A stretch of DNA of 64,000 nucleotides from Bacteroidota bacterium (GTDB lineage: Bacteria > Bacteroidota > Bacteroidia > UBA8524): assembly GCA_008933805.1 (NCBI GenBank), contig WBUH01000010.1:37820-101819 (forward strand), in the 5' to 3' direction. Under the pieces are notes generated by a model that saw only the letters and a program-made list of their open reading frames with translations, did no database searches and was not told the DNA's origin. The position numbers and the translations under genes were made by a program. This document shows positions 11,001 through 20,162 of this stretch, one piece after another (the first letter of the stretch is position 1; each line of letters starts with the position of its first letter).

Positions 11001-14000
11001 AGTAAGTTCATCCACCGTATTTGCAGCGGCCGAAATGCCGTTCATTTTCACGGTATCGCCGTTGCTGATGGTTACAAAACCGTGTTCGCTGCAGTTGGGA
11101 GTATCCGTAGCGGCAACCCAATTAGTACCGAAGTCGGTGGTTTGTTCCCATACCGAAATATCCGACCAGTTACCTGATTTTACTGAACGGAACCACACAG
11201 GCAACAACACATTAAAAGGATTACTGATGACACTGTCTAAACCTGCCGAGCGGGCAATAAGTGTAGCACCCGTGGTGGGTACGTCAAATATCAGTTTGGT
11301 AAACTCTGCTACCGCTTTGGTAGGTATCACACCCACCGCATTCAGGGCAGAAAAATTAAAGGCCGTACCGTTTGCTTCCAGTGTTATACCACGTCCTGCA
11401 TTATCTATATTACCTTCCGCATCAAGGGTTTGCACAGTTACAAAAGGATACATAATGCTACCACGCGCAACGTTTACAGGTTGTTTCACAAACGCCAAAC
11501 GGCTGGCAGTAATATCAATTTTGTTATCGTTATACAGCGTTGAGCTGGTAGCACCGCCAGCATTTGTAGCCGCAAGCAATGAACCAGTAGCACCTACAGT
11601 GGCCGAAGTAATAGTAAATGTTACACGATGTCCGTCGGTTACTGTACCTTTAAACGTTACGTGCAATGAAAAACGAACCGAATCATTATCATTGGCAACC
11701 AGGTTTATATTGGTAAACTGTATGATTGAACCTACTGTGGTTACCTCGGCAATTTTGACACCGTTGGCTACCAACGCAGCTTTTCCAATGGCGTATGAGT
11801 TGCCCACGCTAAAGGTAAGTGCTGAAAGTGTAGTAGGCTCAAAATCGTTATCAGGGCTTCCGCCGCCATCACGTAAACGAAGGCTGAATACCTCTAGTGA
11901 ATTTGTAGCAGTAATAACACCGGTATCTTTATACGTAAGGTGCTGAATATTTTGCGGGTAAATGAATGAACCGTCAACAGCTATATCTGAGCGTTTAGAG
12001 TTTTCAACCACATACCTGCTGCTTTTACCATTTATCATGCCGGAAGCCATTGCTATAAGGGTATCGGTTGGCATAGCCTTAAAGAACCTTACGGTATCAA
12101 AAGCAGCCAAACCGCTCACAGCATTTACAACGCGTGGCGAAGCAATAAGTGCATTACCGATAGATGAAACTGAAATAGCACCGGTATAATCAATATCACG
12201 GCTACCGAAAGTATCTAAAGCTACTACCTGCTGCTGAGTAATGAATGCACCCGCCTCAATTGGTGTAGGCATGGTGGTTAAGAAACTTAGCTTGGTAGCA
12301 AGTACTTCAATGCTGTTTTTAAGCGTATCCGAAAGAGTGCTGAAATTATAGGTTTGTGAACTTTCTATCACCCCTTTTACAACCACATCGGCAGAATCTA
12401 TTTTGAAATGGAAACGGCTGTTATCAGTCAATACGGTTTTACGTAGCGATAACCTTACCGACATTGGCCTGTAGTTGTTGTCTTGAGCAACCACATTTAT
12501 CGAGTTGAAAGTAATCGTGTTAGTACCTATTAAACCTTGCCTGATAAGAGCACCTGTGCTGTCATCAAATAATCCTACCGATTGTATTGCGGTAGACCAG
12601 CTTGCAACGGTATTTTTTGCACCGGGTCTTACCACTAATGAGGTAATCTGGGTAGGCAAATCATCCATATCATTAAGGGTTGAGCCCCCGTCTTTCAATT
12701 GTATTCTCCATGCCAAAACACCTTTGGTAGTATCGCTTACCGTGGCATCATTCATCAAACTTGATATAGTTACCACACCCGTGCCTGCAACACCCTCAAC
12801 AGCTGAACTGTACGACGGTGGATATCCCCATGTACTATCCGTAGCAGTAGGCACAGGAGTCGCAGTTTTGTAATTGCGGGTTTCGTTATTGGTAAGATTA
12901 TAGTTGTAAGGAAATAATGTGTAATAGTAACGGGTACCTTGCACCAACCCTGTAATGGTAGTAGTGATAGTGGCGTTGCTTGTAAACACCCCTACTACTT
13001 GCCCATCACCAATAAATTGTCCGTTGGTATAAGCAGTAGCATCGTTGGGAATTCCCGTAGGAGCCAAACGGGCACGTTGCAAAATTATGTAGCCTTTAGC
13101 ATCGGGCACTTGTGTCCAATCTAACTTAATGCTGTTCTTAGATTGAGTTGTAGCCGTAAATGTTAAAGGATAGGCTGAAGGTTCAGCTGAGAGGGTAAAA
13201 AAAGAAGTCTCGGTAGTGTAAACCGTTTTGCTGGCATCAGTAACAAACCCCTTGTAATAAATCCTTGTGCCTGTAGGCAAACCTGTAACTGTGGTATCAA
13301 ACACACCGTCGGTTCCCGATACGTTTACTTGGGTTACACCTGAACCGCCTTTAAGCGGGTTAGCGGTTAACGACCAAACAATGCCACGTTCAAGAACAGT
13401 TGCTGGGCCGGCCAATACTACCTCGGCACCTAAATCGGCTTTGGCAGTATCAATATTTTTAACAGTAGGATTGGTAATGTATATGCTTTTTGTACCCTTT
13501 ACCGACATGCTGTAGATAGCATACAAAGCCGCTTGACCTGTACCGTTTCCTGTAGAGGTATATTGAAAAGCGATATATCCTTTTCCGGTTTGGCTACCAA
13601 TATTTATGGTATAATTAGAACCGGCTGTGTAGCTGGCCAAAGTTGACCAAGTGGCTGAATAGGGGCTTCCTGAACCTGAATAGTTGGTTGAAAGTCTAAC
13701 GTTTAATGAACCACCGCTATAGTTTGAGCCCATTGATAATGAGATATACTCATTTAAGAACTCATCAAAATTCAATTCGGGGGTTATCAACCAATCATCG
13801 GCTGCACCGCTGCAACTTTGCGATGAGTGGTTATTTTGCAAAATACCACCACCGCAACGCCAAGTACAACCACCGTCAACGTTTTGGATAGACCATCCCG
13901 CAGGAGGTGCAGCACAACTTGTATTGAAGTCGTACGAAATCATTACATCGTTTTGTGCTTTTACCAATGCAGGCAGCAACAATACTATTGCAGCTACACA

Positions 14001-14036
14001 AAGGTTAAAGGCACTTTGAAACAATTTATTTTTCAT
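8064..14036 (-). CDS. Giant surface protein with T9SS type A C-terminal sorting domain (tandem paralogue, downstream copy)
   Basis: 1990 aa with signal peptide ending LVKAQ. MAM/choice-of-anchor-J-like tip (SYDFNTSCAAPPAGWSIQN). FN3-like unit (SIKLDWTQVPDAKGYIILQR...GTRYYYTLFPYN). Beta-helix-like region led by WFRSVKSGNWSDISVW. Four Ig-like repeats and a PKD-like domain. C-terminus VVYPNPISQGELNISL...GIYFVNISTNGYNQTVKIDKQ is of the Por_Secre_tail type. Confidence 0.85.
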   Translation of the reverse strand: MKNKLFQSAFNLCVAAIVLLLPALVKAQNDVMISYDFNTSCAAPPAGWSIQNVDGGCTWRCGGGILQNNHSSQSCSGAADDWLITPELNFDEFLNEYISLSMGSNYSGGSLNVRLSTNYSGSGSPYSATWSTLASYTAGSNYTINIGSQTGKGYIAFQYTSTGNGTGQAALYAIYSMSVKGTKSIYITNPTVKNIDTAKADLGAEVVLAGPATVLERGIVWSLTANPLKGGSGVTQVNVSGTDGVFDTTVTGLPTGTRIYYKGFVTDASKTVYTTETSFFTLSAEPSAYPLTFTATTQSKNSIKLDWTQVPDAKGYIILQRARLAPTGIPNDATAYTNGQFIGDGQVVGVFTSNATITTTITGLVQGTRYYYTLFPYNYNLTNNETRNYKTATPVPTATDSTWGYPPSYSSAVEGVAGTGVVTISSLMNDATVSDTTKGVLAWRIQLKDGGSTLNDMDDLPTQITSLVVRPGAKNTVASWSTAIQSVGLFDDSTGALIRQGLIGTNTITFNSINVVAQDNNYRPMSVRLSLRKTVLTDNSRFHFKIDSADVVVKGVIESSQTYNFSTLSDTLKNSIEVLATKLSFLTTMPTPIEAGAFITQQQVVALDTFGSRDIDYTGAISVSSIGNALIASPRVVNAVSGLAAFDTVRFFKAMPTDTLIAMASGMINGKSSRYVVENSKRSDIAVDGSFIYPQNIQHLTYKDTGVITATNSLEVFSLRLRDGGGSPDNDFEPTTLSALTFSVGNSYAIGKAALVANGVKIAEVTTVGSIIQFTNINLVANDNDSVRFSLHVTFKGTVTDGHRVTFTITSATVGATGSLLAATNAGGATSSTLYNDNKIDITASRLAFVKQPVNVARGSIMYPFVTVQTLDAEGNIDNAGRGITLEANGTAFNFSALNAVGVIPTKAVAEFTKLIFDVPTTGATLIARSAGLDSVISNPFNVLLPVWFRSVKSGNWSDISVWEQTTDFGTNWVAATDTPNCSEHGFVTISNGDTVKMNGISAAANTVDELTIEKGAVLVTPSVAPFKLAVNDAFGDDITVEGTLLHNNGQSIGGIDIAAPASIAVKKGGVIELASFGDAADWAGNTNIRFEDSALYVHNTTIANTISPAVMFPNSAANEVAIFRIAQNNTFPGSAMNANSPLVINGLLAIDNNTTLTIGGNGERGLRNGITGAGDLVIVNSAKTRITDVAQLSGTGSIQVNSAAAIFQIAASSQTELLNNKAITTTANNGIRVAGQLNGFANGFTGNAATIIESNATIITAHSQGVSGLFANTGAKTIQPANYVFNGTAVQNSGSLNGNVARTVKVSNNSGLVLTDNLTIADTLFIGAGNITTSPSNLLTINGNGVIDGYSAASYINGPVKVWVDSAETVQLPVGKAIYAPVNYTADNANTWVTLEYVGNTPNNNGFDTAKRGEGLAAVKANEYWKISTSNTVEGRVEVPFTTNSAITGVDALNIRVVSWNGTRWVSEGPVRRTANTNGVQSDVLNNYIVFTIGVDSACTIPAAPAFTTLNVCNGNTANLTATGNGSIRWFAAMNDEKPFAIGNTVNAGVIFIDTVFYAEVKNIGCISNRVAYPVKINAIPVAPFVSGTTQLCYNQSVQLAADTNGTHNWYNDVNATTALFTGDVLTSSSLTKDTSFYVEKVVIGCPSTRTRVDVAVRAQIQNPFSVGAEVCAGTPAVVKATANEDIRWFIDGTTTIPFFTGERFNTANLFATTTYFLEAFEGACKSQRVPVTVDVLALPAAPTLTQPAVCEGSSAQVNATGSGKVYWFNDNTATISADSGVVFTTPALNTSRTYYANVFDGKCYSPKASAVVTVYTIPVNAAFTAASYVATNQPTVIQTATTAQYYTWDFGTDATPQTASGVGPHNVKWASQGTKTITMKVWNGNTAVACSTEVQKTVAVGPGLGIESVNGAQIVVYPNPISQGELNISLPAEEQAVISVTDATGRLVWKGETNARETAVNVSGWAAGIYFVNISTNGYNQTVKIDKQ
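8574..9539 (-). repeat. Four tandem ~80-aa Cys-bracketed Ig-like repeats (coding)
   Basis: Units start CNGNTANLTA, CYNQSVQLAA, CAGTPAVVKA, CEGSSAQVNA. Each has W[FY] about 15 aa later, P...G..F.T..L, T.[FY][YF] and a closing C.S.R..V.V. Coordinates are counted back from the stop codon. Confidence 0.75.
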
Positions 14037-14056
14037 TTTTAATCCGTTGTTACTAC

Positions 14057-17000
14057 TTATTGAACTATTACTTTATGTACCGAAACTCCGTTTTCGGTAG
14101 CCACCTTCAGCATATACAAGCCTTTAGCAAAGCCTGTCACATCCAATTGTTTATTTATGCCTGATACATTTTCAAAAGCAGTTTGATAAACTGTTTTTCC
14201 GGTAGCATCTGTAATCAACACACTGCCCGATTGTGCAGCTTCAAACACCACATCAAGGGTCAAAGCTGATGAAGCAGGGTTAGGATATACAGCTATGCTT
14301 GCACCTGCAATCTCTTGCACGCCAACCCCTGCACCTACTTGTACAAAGTTTTGCACCTCGGTAGAGCAGGCTACGGCACTGTTTCCGTTCCACAGTTTCA
14401 ACTTCACTGTTTTAGAACCTTGGGTTGACCATTTTACATTGTGAGGGCCTGCACCTGTAGCTGTTTGAGGAGTAGCATCCGTACCGAAATCCCACACATA
14501 ATTTTGGGCAACGGCTGTAGTTTGTATTGCTACTGTTTGATTTGTTGGCGCATTGGCGGGTGCATTTATGGTAGCACTGCCGGGTATTGCAAACGCCTCA
14601 GCAAGTGCGGCCACTTTTGGACTGAAACACTTACCGTCAAATATGGCTGCATAATAAGTGCGGGTAGCTGTAAGCGGAGCGGTAGTAAAACTGTTTCCGC
14701 TGCTGATAGCTGCCGATGTGGTATCGTTGTACCAATACACCGTACCGGGGCCGTTAGCCGCAATCTGTGCTGTATTACCTACGCAAACCGCACCGGGAGT
14801 AATTGCAGGAGCGGCAGGTAAAGCAAGTACTTTAGCTAATACGGGTATGCGCGGGCTGGCGCAAGCACCGTCAAAAGCTTCTACATAAAAAGTAGAATCT
14901 GCGGTTAAAACACCGGTTGTATAACGTGTTCCGCTATAAAACGGGGTGCTTGCAGTTGTATTCTCATACCAACGGATTGTATAGTTTGCAGCAGCATTTA
15001 CTACTGCTTTTGCACCTGAACAAACTTCCGCACCATTGCTAACGGGTGAAAGTATTCCGGGCTTCACGCTCACATCTATCCTTGTACGGGTAGTGCTTGC
15101 GCAGCCATTTTGTATTTTTTCTACGTAGAAAGAAGTATCGTTAGTTAGGTTTCCGGTTGCAAACGCATCGCCGGTAAATATTGGCAGCGTAGCATTTACA
15201 TCGGCATACCAGTTGTTAGTACCTAATGTATCAGCATTTAGTACGGTTGCCGTTGCGTTACACAATTGTGTTGTGCCGCTTAACGAAGGGGCCGCGGGAG
15301 GGGTGTTAATAGTGACTGAATAAGCAACACGATTGCTATAGCAACCAATGTTTTTCACTTCAGCATAAAAAACACTGTCGGTAAACAATGTGCCAACATT
15401 TACGGATGTACCTTGTGCAAACGGCTGAACGTCGTTGGCATTGATAAACCAACGTACAACTCCGTTTCCGCTGGCGGCAAGTGTTACCACATTGCCTGCA
15501 CCGCAAACATTGTTGGCAGCAAAGACAGGAACCGCAGGGATAGCACACGTTGAATCAACACCTACTGTAAATACTGTATAATTGGTTAATCCATCGGCAA
15601 CCACACGGGTAGAAGTTGCAGTGCGTGCCACAGGACCTTCGCTTACCCAACGGGTTCCGTTCCAGCTTACTACGCGGATGTTAAGAATATCAACACCGGT
15701 TATTGCTGAGTTTGAAGTATAAGGTAATTCAATGTTTCCTGTTGTTTTGGCCGATGAGTGGATTTTCCAGTATTCGTTAGCTTTTATTGCGGCAAGCCCT
15801 GCCCCTCTTTTAGCTGTATCAAACCCGTTTGCATTGGGGTTGTTGTTAACGTACTCTAGGGTAATCCAAGAAGGCGTGCCTGTTGATGTATAGGTTACAG
15901 GTCCATAAGTGGTTTTACCCACAGGATAGTACACTGCTGCATTATCTACCCACAAATTCAATGGTCCGTTTATAAAGCTGGTAGCTGAATAACCGTCAAT
16001 CACACCGCTTACGGCAATAGTCAATACCGCGTTGGTTGATGAAGTAACATTGCTTTGGCCGATATACAGGGTATCAGTAACAGTTACTGAATCACCCAAA
16101 GTCAACCCGAAAGCATTGTTTACTTTTATTGTACGTGCAGTTAAACCTATGGTGTTACCAGTGTTTTGCGCAACTGTACCGTTGAATATGTAATCAGTAG
16201 CAGGGTGATAGGTTTTAGCCCCCGAAGTATTGAACAAACCACCCAAACCTTGAGTATTTGCAGTAATTACGGTTGCCCCTGCTTCGGTTTTGGCAGTAGC
16301 ATTACCGCTAAAGCCGTTGGTAAACCCGTTCAGCGTACCGCTTACTGAAATCCCATTAGCGGCAGTTGTAGTAAGTTCTTTGTTGTTTTTAAGTTCGGTA
16401 TAGCTGGCCGTTCCAATCTGGAACAGTGCTTTAGCATGGTTAACGCTTATTTTACCGCTACCGCTCAATTGAGCATCGGCAGTAATGCGCACTTTTGATG
16501 AATCGGCTATTACAAGGTTACCCGCACCTATAATACCGTTGCGCAGTAAACGCTCACCACCACCGTTTATAGTAAGTGTTTTTGCAGTATCAATGTTTAA
16601 CAATCCATTGATGGCAAGGGTTGCCATTGGGTTTATAAATGAACCGGGGTAAGTATAGTTTTGTGCAATCCTGAAAACAGGTTTCTCAGTAGCAGTTGCA
16701 TTGGGGAACATGGTAACCGCCCCAATGGTATTGGTAATTGGCGTATTGTGAATATAGAATGAACTGTCTTCAAAAGTAATGTTGGTATTTCCAGCCCAAT
16801 GTGCGGCATCACCAAAGGCAGCCAATTCAACAGCACCGCCTTTTTTAACCAACATTGTTGCAGGTGCAGCAATACTGATACCGTTTCCGGCCACAGGGTT
16901 GTTGTGCAACAACTTACCTTCCACTACCACATCGGTGGCCAAACCGTCAACTACTGTCAATTTATTATAGGCACCTTGTGGGGTTATCAATACCGCATTG

Positions 17001-20000
17001 CTTTCTACAATAAGTTCATCAACAGTATTTGCATCTGCGGTTAAACCATCCATTTGAACAGTGTGAGCAGCACGAATAGTTATGCGGCCGTGCCTGCTGT
17101 AATCAGGAGTTTCGTTGGCAGCCTGCCAGTTTACACCGTAATTTTTAGAGAATTCCCAAACAAGAGTATCAGACCAGTTTCCTGATTTTACTGAACGGAA
17201 CCAAGTAGGCTTCATTACCTCAAACGTATCGCTCACGGTACTGTCAATTCCTGTAGTTTTTACAGAAATTTTAACTCCTGTAGCGGGTACACCGTAAATC
17301 AAGCGGCTAAAAGTAGCCACACCATTACTGCTTGAATTGGCTGATATAATGGCGCGAAAATCGAATATTGAGCCGCCCAATACTTTCAGCGTATAATTAT
17401 GAGCCGCTAAATCGTAGTTACCTAAACTATCAGTCGCAACTACCGAAGGTGGGGGTAATTGAGCACTACCTTCTGATACGTCGGTAGGTTGTTGTACAAA
17501 CCTAACCATACGACCAATAACATCTATCTTGTTATTAGCACCGCCGGTTAAGCTGGCCGCTCCACCTGCATTAGTAGCAGTAAATTGGCTTGCTGCTGCA
17601 TCAGCAGTTGCAATAACTACGGCAAAACCAAAGTTATCACCATCAATTGCTGAATCTTTAAAGGTTACACGTAAAGAAAAACGAAGCGAATCATTATCAG
17701 GGGCAGTCATTGCAAAACCTGTAAACACAAGCTGCTTGTTAGCACCAACTGTTACAACGCTATCCACCTCAGCAACTTTTGTACTGCCTACAAATAAGGC
17801 GGCTTTGCGTATAAGGTATGATTTGCTAACATTAAATGTTAACCCTTTTAGAATAGTAGATTCGAAGTCGTTATCATCATTATTACCACCATCGCGAAGT
17901 AGTAAAGACATTACTTCTAATGAATTGGTAAGCGATACCGCATCGGTATCGTTATAATCAGTATGAATAATATTTTGCGGGTAAACAAAGCCTCCATCGG
18001 CAATAATATCAGAACCTTTAGAAGCTTCAACCACAAACCTGTTGCTCTTTGCAAGCGTTAACGCACCTGCTGTAGCAACCAGGGTATCGTTGGCTGAAAT
18101 CCTGTTAAAGCGCACAGTATCAAATATTGCCAACCCCTTCACGGCAGTAATGCTACGTGAGGTTGCTATCAGGTTTCCGTCGGTTGCGGTTAGGCTAATG
18201 TTCCCGTTAAAATCAATATCGCGGGTATTAAATGCATCAACCGCTTCAACCTGTATGGTATTAGTTAAAAAAGCACCGGCTTCAACCGTTGTTTGGGGCT
18301 GAGTGATGAAACGCAACTTAGTAGCCACTACATCAATGGTGTTTTTACTTGAATCAGAGTAAGAAATGAAGTTTTGGGTTTGTGAGCTTTCTAACACCGA
18401 TTTGGTGAGCGTACCTATAGAGTCAACATAAAAATGAAAAGTATCCCTGTCTCTGTGGGCAATGGCTTTCAAACTCAACCTAACCGAAAGTGGTCGGTAG
18501 TTATTATCGGCGGCTGTTACGGTAAGTCCGTTAAAGGTGATTGTGTTTGCGGTAATAGTACCGTTAGCAATCACAGCACCCGTGCTATCATCTACCAATC
18601 CTACTGATTGTAACGTATTCAACCAGCTTGAAACTGTATTTTTTGCTGCTTTGTTAAGTGTAATACGGGTAACAATGGTAGGCAAATCATCGGCATCGTT
18701 CAGGGTGGCACCACCGTCTTTTACTTGTAGTTTCCAAACTTGTGTACCGTTGGCAGCAGTAGTGATATTATCATTTATCAGAGATGAAAGACCTACAGCT
18801 TCAGAACCTGAAACACCTTCTATAGTTGATTTAAACGATGGCGGGAATCCCCAAGTACTGTCGTTAGCCAACGGTATAGTGGGCACTGTTCGGTAATTGT
18901 ATGTTTCGGTATTGGTACCATTATATCCAAAAGGAAACAGTGTATAGTAATACCTTGTTCCTTGTATCAAGCCGGTTATTGTAGTTGTTACCGTAGCTCC
19001 TGATGTTACAAACCCTACAATAGTTCCGTCACCTAACACCTGATTTAGCGTATATGCAGTCTTATCAGTAGGTGTTCCGGTTGGAGCCACACCCTTGCGT
19101 TGGATAATCAAATATCCGTTAGCTCCGGCAACCTGTGTCCAATCAAGCTTTATGCTGTTTTTTGAGATGGCCGTGGCTGTAAATGAACCGGGGTAAGCCG
19201 TAGGTTCTGCTGATTGGGTAATGAAACTCACCTCAGAAGTATAAAATGAGCCAGTTGAGTTACGGGCAAACCCTTTAAAATATACACGCGTACCGGCAGG
19301 CAAACCTGTAATTGAAGATGTAAATGTTCCGGTTGAGGTACCTGAAGCAGTAACTTTGGTAACACCGCCGCCACCCACTAAAGGGTTGGTAGTGGTAGAC
19401 CATACAAATCCACGCTCTAAAATAGTTGTACCGCCGTTTGAAGCTAAGTTGGCTGAAAAGTCGGCAGTAGACTCACCTATATTGGTTACAGCAGGTGTAT
19501 TAACATCAATACCTGCATTCCAGCTAATTGACACGTTATCTAAAGCAACCCCGTCGCGCGAACCGCTTCCCGAAGAAGCATAGTACCAACGTATATATAC
19601 AGGACCCGATTTATTGTCTAGGGCTGATATATCAATGTTCGCAAAATTGGTGGTGGTACCTTGTGCAATACTGCCCGAGTTATAAGCTCCTGCACTAATG
19701 GCACTAAAACCCGAGGTTGCCGATGTGGTACTTACTTCAAGATTGAAGGTACACAAACGGGTTTGCTCACGGATTTTAAGCACATCATAACTGATTTTCA
19801 ATCCGTTTTTTCCGGTTGTATTAGAAATTACCAGTATAATGTACGAAGGGTCGTAGTTACTTCCGCTACCCAACAACCCAATGTTTGAACCATAATTATA
19901 GTTATCACCGGTGGTGCTGCCTGAAGTACCCACGCCCATGGTTGGATCCCAAGCACCGTTGTTGTTTGCACCCCAACCTGAAGGGTATCCAGTTCCCGAA

Positions 20001-20140
20001 GCACCGGGAGCAGTATTAAAGTTTTCGCTATAGGGGGATGATGACGGAAGAGACACCCCGCTTGGTTGCGCCACTGCCACTATACTGATAAACAGTAAGG
20101 CTACAGCGGCGGTTATTTTATATATTCCTTTTGTTTTCAT
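14057..20140 (-). CDS. Giant surface protein with T9SS type A C-terminal sorting domain (tandem paralogue, upstream copy)
   Basis: 2027 aa with signal peptide MKTKGIYKITAAVALLFISIVAVAQ. Collinear with the 8064-14036 product; shared strings include SIKLDWTQV, GTRYYYTLFP, WFRSVKSGNWSD, NIRVVSWNGTRWVSEGPV, FYAEVKNIGC, WDFGTDATPQTA. C-terminus AVYPNPASSALTLDV...GLYMLKVATENGVSVHKVIVQ is a type A CTD. Confidence 0.85.
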   Translation of the reverse strand: MKTKGIYKITAAVALLFISIVAVAQPSGVSLPSSSPYSENFNTAPGASGTGYPSGWGANNNGAWDPTMGVGTSGSTTGDNYNYGSNIGLLGSGSNYDPSYIILVISNTTGKNGLKISYDVLKIREQTRLCTFNLEVSTTSATSGFSAISAGAYNSGSIAQGTTTNFANIDISALDNKSGPVYIRWYYASSGSGSRDGVALDNVSISWNAGIDVNTPAVTNIGESTADFSANLASNGGTTILERGFVWSTTTNPLVGGGGVTKVTASGTSTGTFTSSITGLPAGTRVYFKGFARNSTGSFYTSEVSFITQSAEPTAYPGSFTATAISKNSIKLDWTQVAGANGYLIIQRKGVAPTGTPTDKTAYTLNQVLGDGTIVGFVTSGATVTTTITGLIQGTRYYYTLFPFGYNGTNTETYNYRTVPTIPLANDSTWGFPPSFKSTIEGVSGSEAVGLSSLINDNITTAANGTQVWKLQVKDGGATLNDADDLPTIVTRITLNKAAKNTVSSWLNTLQSVGLVDDSTGAVIANGTITANTITFNGLTVTAADNNYRPLSVRLSLKAIAHRDRDTFHFYVDSIGTLTKSVLESSQTQNFISYSDSSKNTIDVVATKLRFITQPQTTVEAGAFLTNTIQVEAVDAFNTRDIDFNGNISLTATDGNLIATSRSITAVKGLAIFDTVRFNRISANDTLVATAGALTLAKSNRFVVEASKGSDIIADGGFVYPQNIIHTDYNDTDAVSLTNSLEVMSLLLRDGGNNDDNDFESTILKGLTFNVSKSYLIRKAALFVGSTKVAEVDSVVTVGANKQLVFTGFAMTAPDNDSLRFSLRVTFKDSAIDGDNFGFAVVIATADAAASQFTATNAGGAASLTGGANNKIDVIGRMVRFVQQPTDVSEGSAQLPPPSVVATDSLGNYDLAAHNYTLKVLGGSIFDFRAIISANSSSNGVATFSRLIYGVPATGVKISVKTTGIDSTVSDTFEVMKPTWFRSVKSGNWSDTLVWEFSKNYGVNWQAANETPDYSRHGRITIRAAHTVQMDGLTADANTVDELIVESNAVLITPQGAYNKLTVVDGLATDVVVEGKLLHNNPVAGNGISIAAPATMLVKKGGAVELAAFGDAAHWAGNTNITFEDSSFYIHNTPITNTIGAVTMFPNATATEKPVFRIAQNYTYPGSFINPMATLAINGLLNIDTAKTLTINGGGERLLRNGIIGAGNLVIADSSKVRITADAQLSGSGKISVNHAKALFQIGTASYTELKNNKELTTTAANGISVSGTLNGFTNGFSGNATAKTEAGATVITANTQGLGGLFNTSGAKTYHPATDYIFNGTVAQNTGNTIGLTARTIKVNNAFGLTLGDSVTVTDTLYIGQSNVTSSTNAVLTIAVSGVIDGYSATSFINGPLNLWVDNAAVYYPVGKTTYGPVTYTSTGTPSWITLEYVNNNPNANGFDTAKRGAGLAAIKANEYWKIHSSAKTTGNIELPYTSNSAITGVDILNIRVVSWNGTRWVSEGPVARTATSTRVVADGLTNYTVFTVGVDSTCAIPAVPVFAANNVCGAGNVVTLAASGNGVVRWFINANDVQPFAQGTSVNVGTLFTDSVFYAEVKNIGCYSNRVAYSVTINTPPAAPSLSGTTQLCNATATVLNADTLGTNNWYADVNATLPIFTGDAFATGNLTNDTSFYVEKIQNGCASTTRTRIDVSVKPGILSPVSNGAEVCSGAKAVVNAAANYTIRWYENTTASTPFYSGTRYTTGVLTADSTFYVEAFDGACASPRIPVLAKVLALPAAPAITPGAVCVGNTAQIAANGPGTVYWYNDTTSAAISSGNSFTTAPLTATRTYYAAIFDGKCFSPKVAALAEAFAIPGSATINAPANAPTNQTVAIQTTAVAQNYVWDFGTDATPQTATGAGPHNVKWSTQGSKTVKLKLWNGNSAVACSTEVQNFVQVGAGVGVQEIAGASIAVYPNPASSALTLDVVFEAAQSGSVLITDATGKTVYQTAFENVSGINKQLDVTGFAKGLYMLKVATENGVSVHKVIVQ
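14579..15547 (-). repeat. Four tandem ~80-aa Cys-bracketed Ig-like repeats (coding)
   Basis: Units start CGAGNVVTLAA, CNATATVLNA, CSGAKAVVNA, CVGNTAQIAA, with the same consensus as in the two neighbouring giants. Coordinates are counted back from the stop codon. Confidence 0.75.
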
Positions 20141-20162
20141 TTCTTAAAAACTTTCAACCGGA

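Noticed and set aside
10561-11946. 461-aa plus-strand ORF, with many other 60-150-aa plus-strand ORFs between 1243 and 31352
   Set aside because: All lie antisense inside the giant minus-strand genes, whose products have strong domain and repeat signatures. The antisense translations are low-complexity (S/A/V/T/P rich) with no motifs. They are typical shadow ORFs of repeat-rich genes with few stop codons on the opposite strand.
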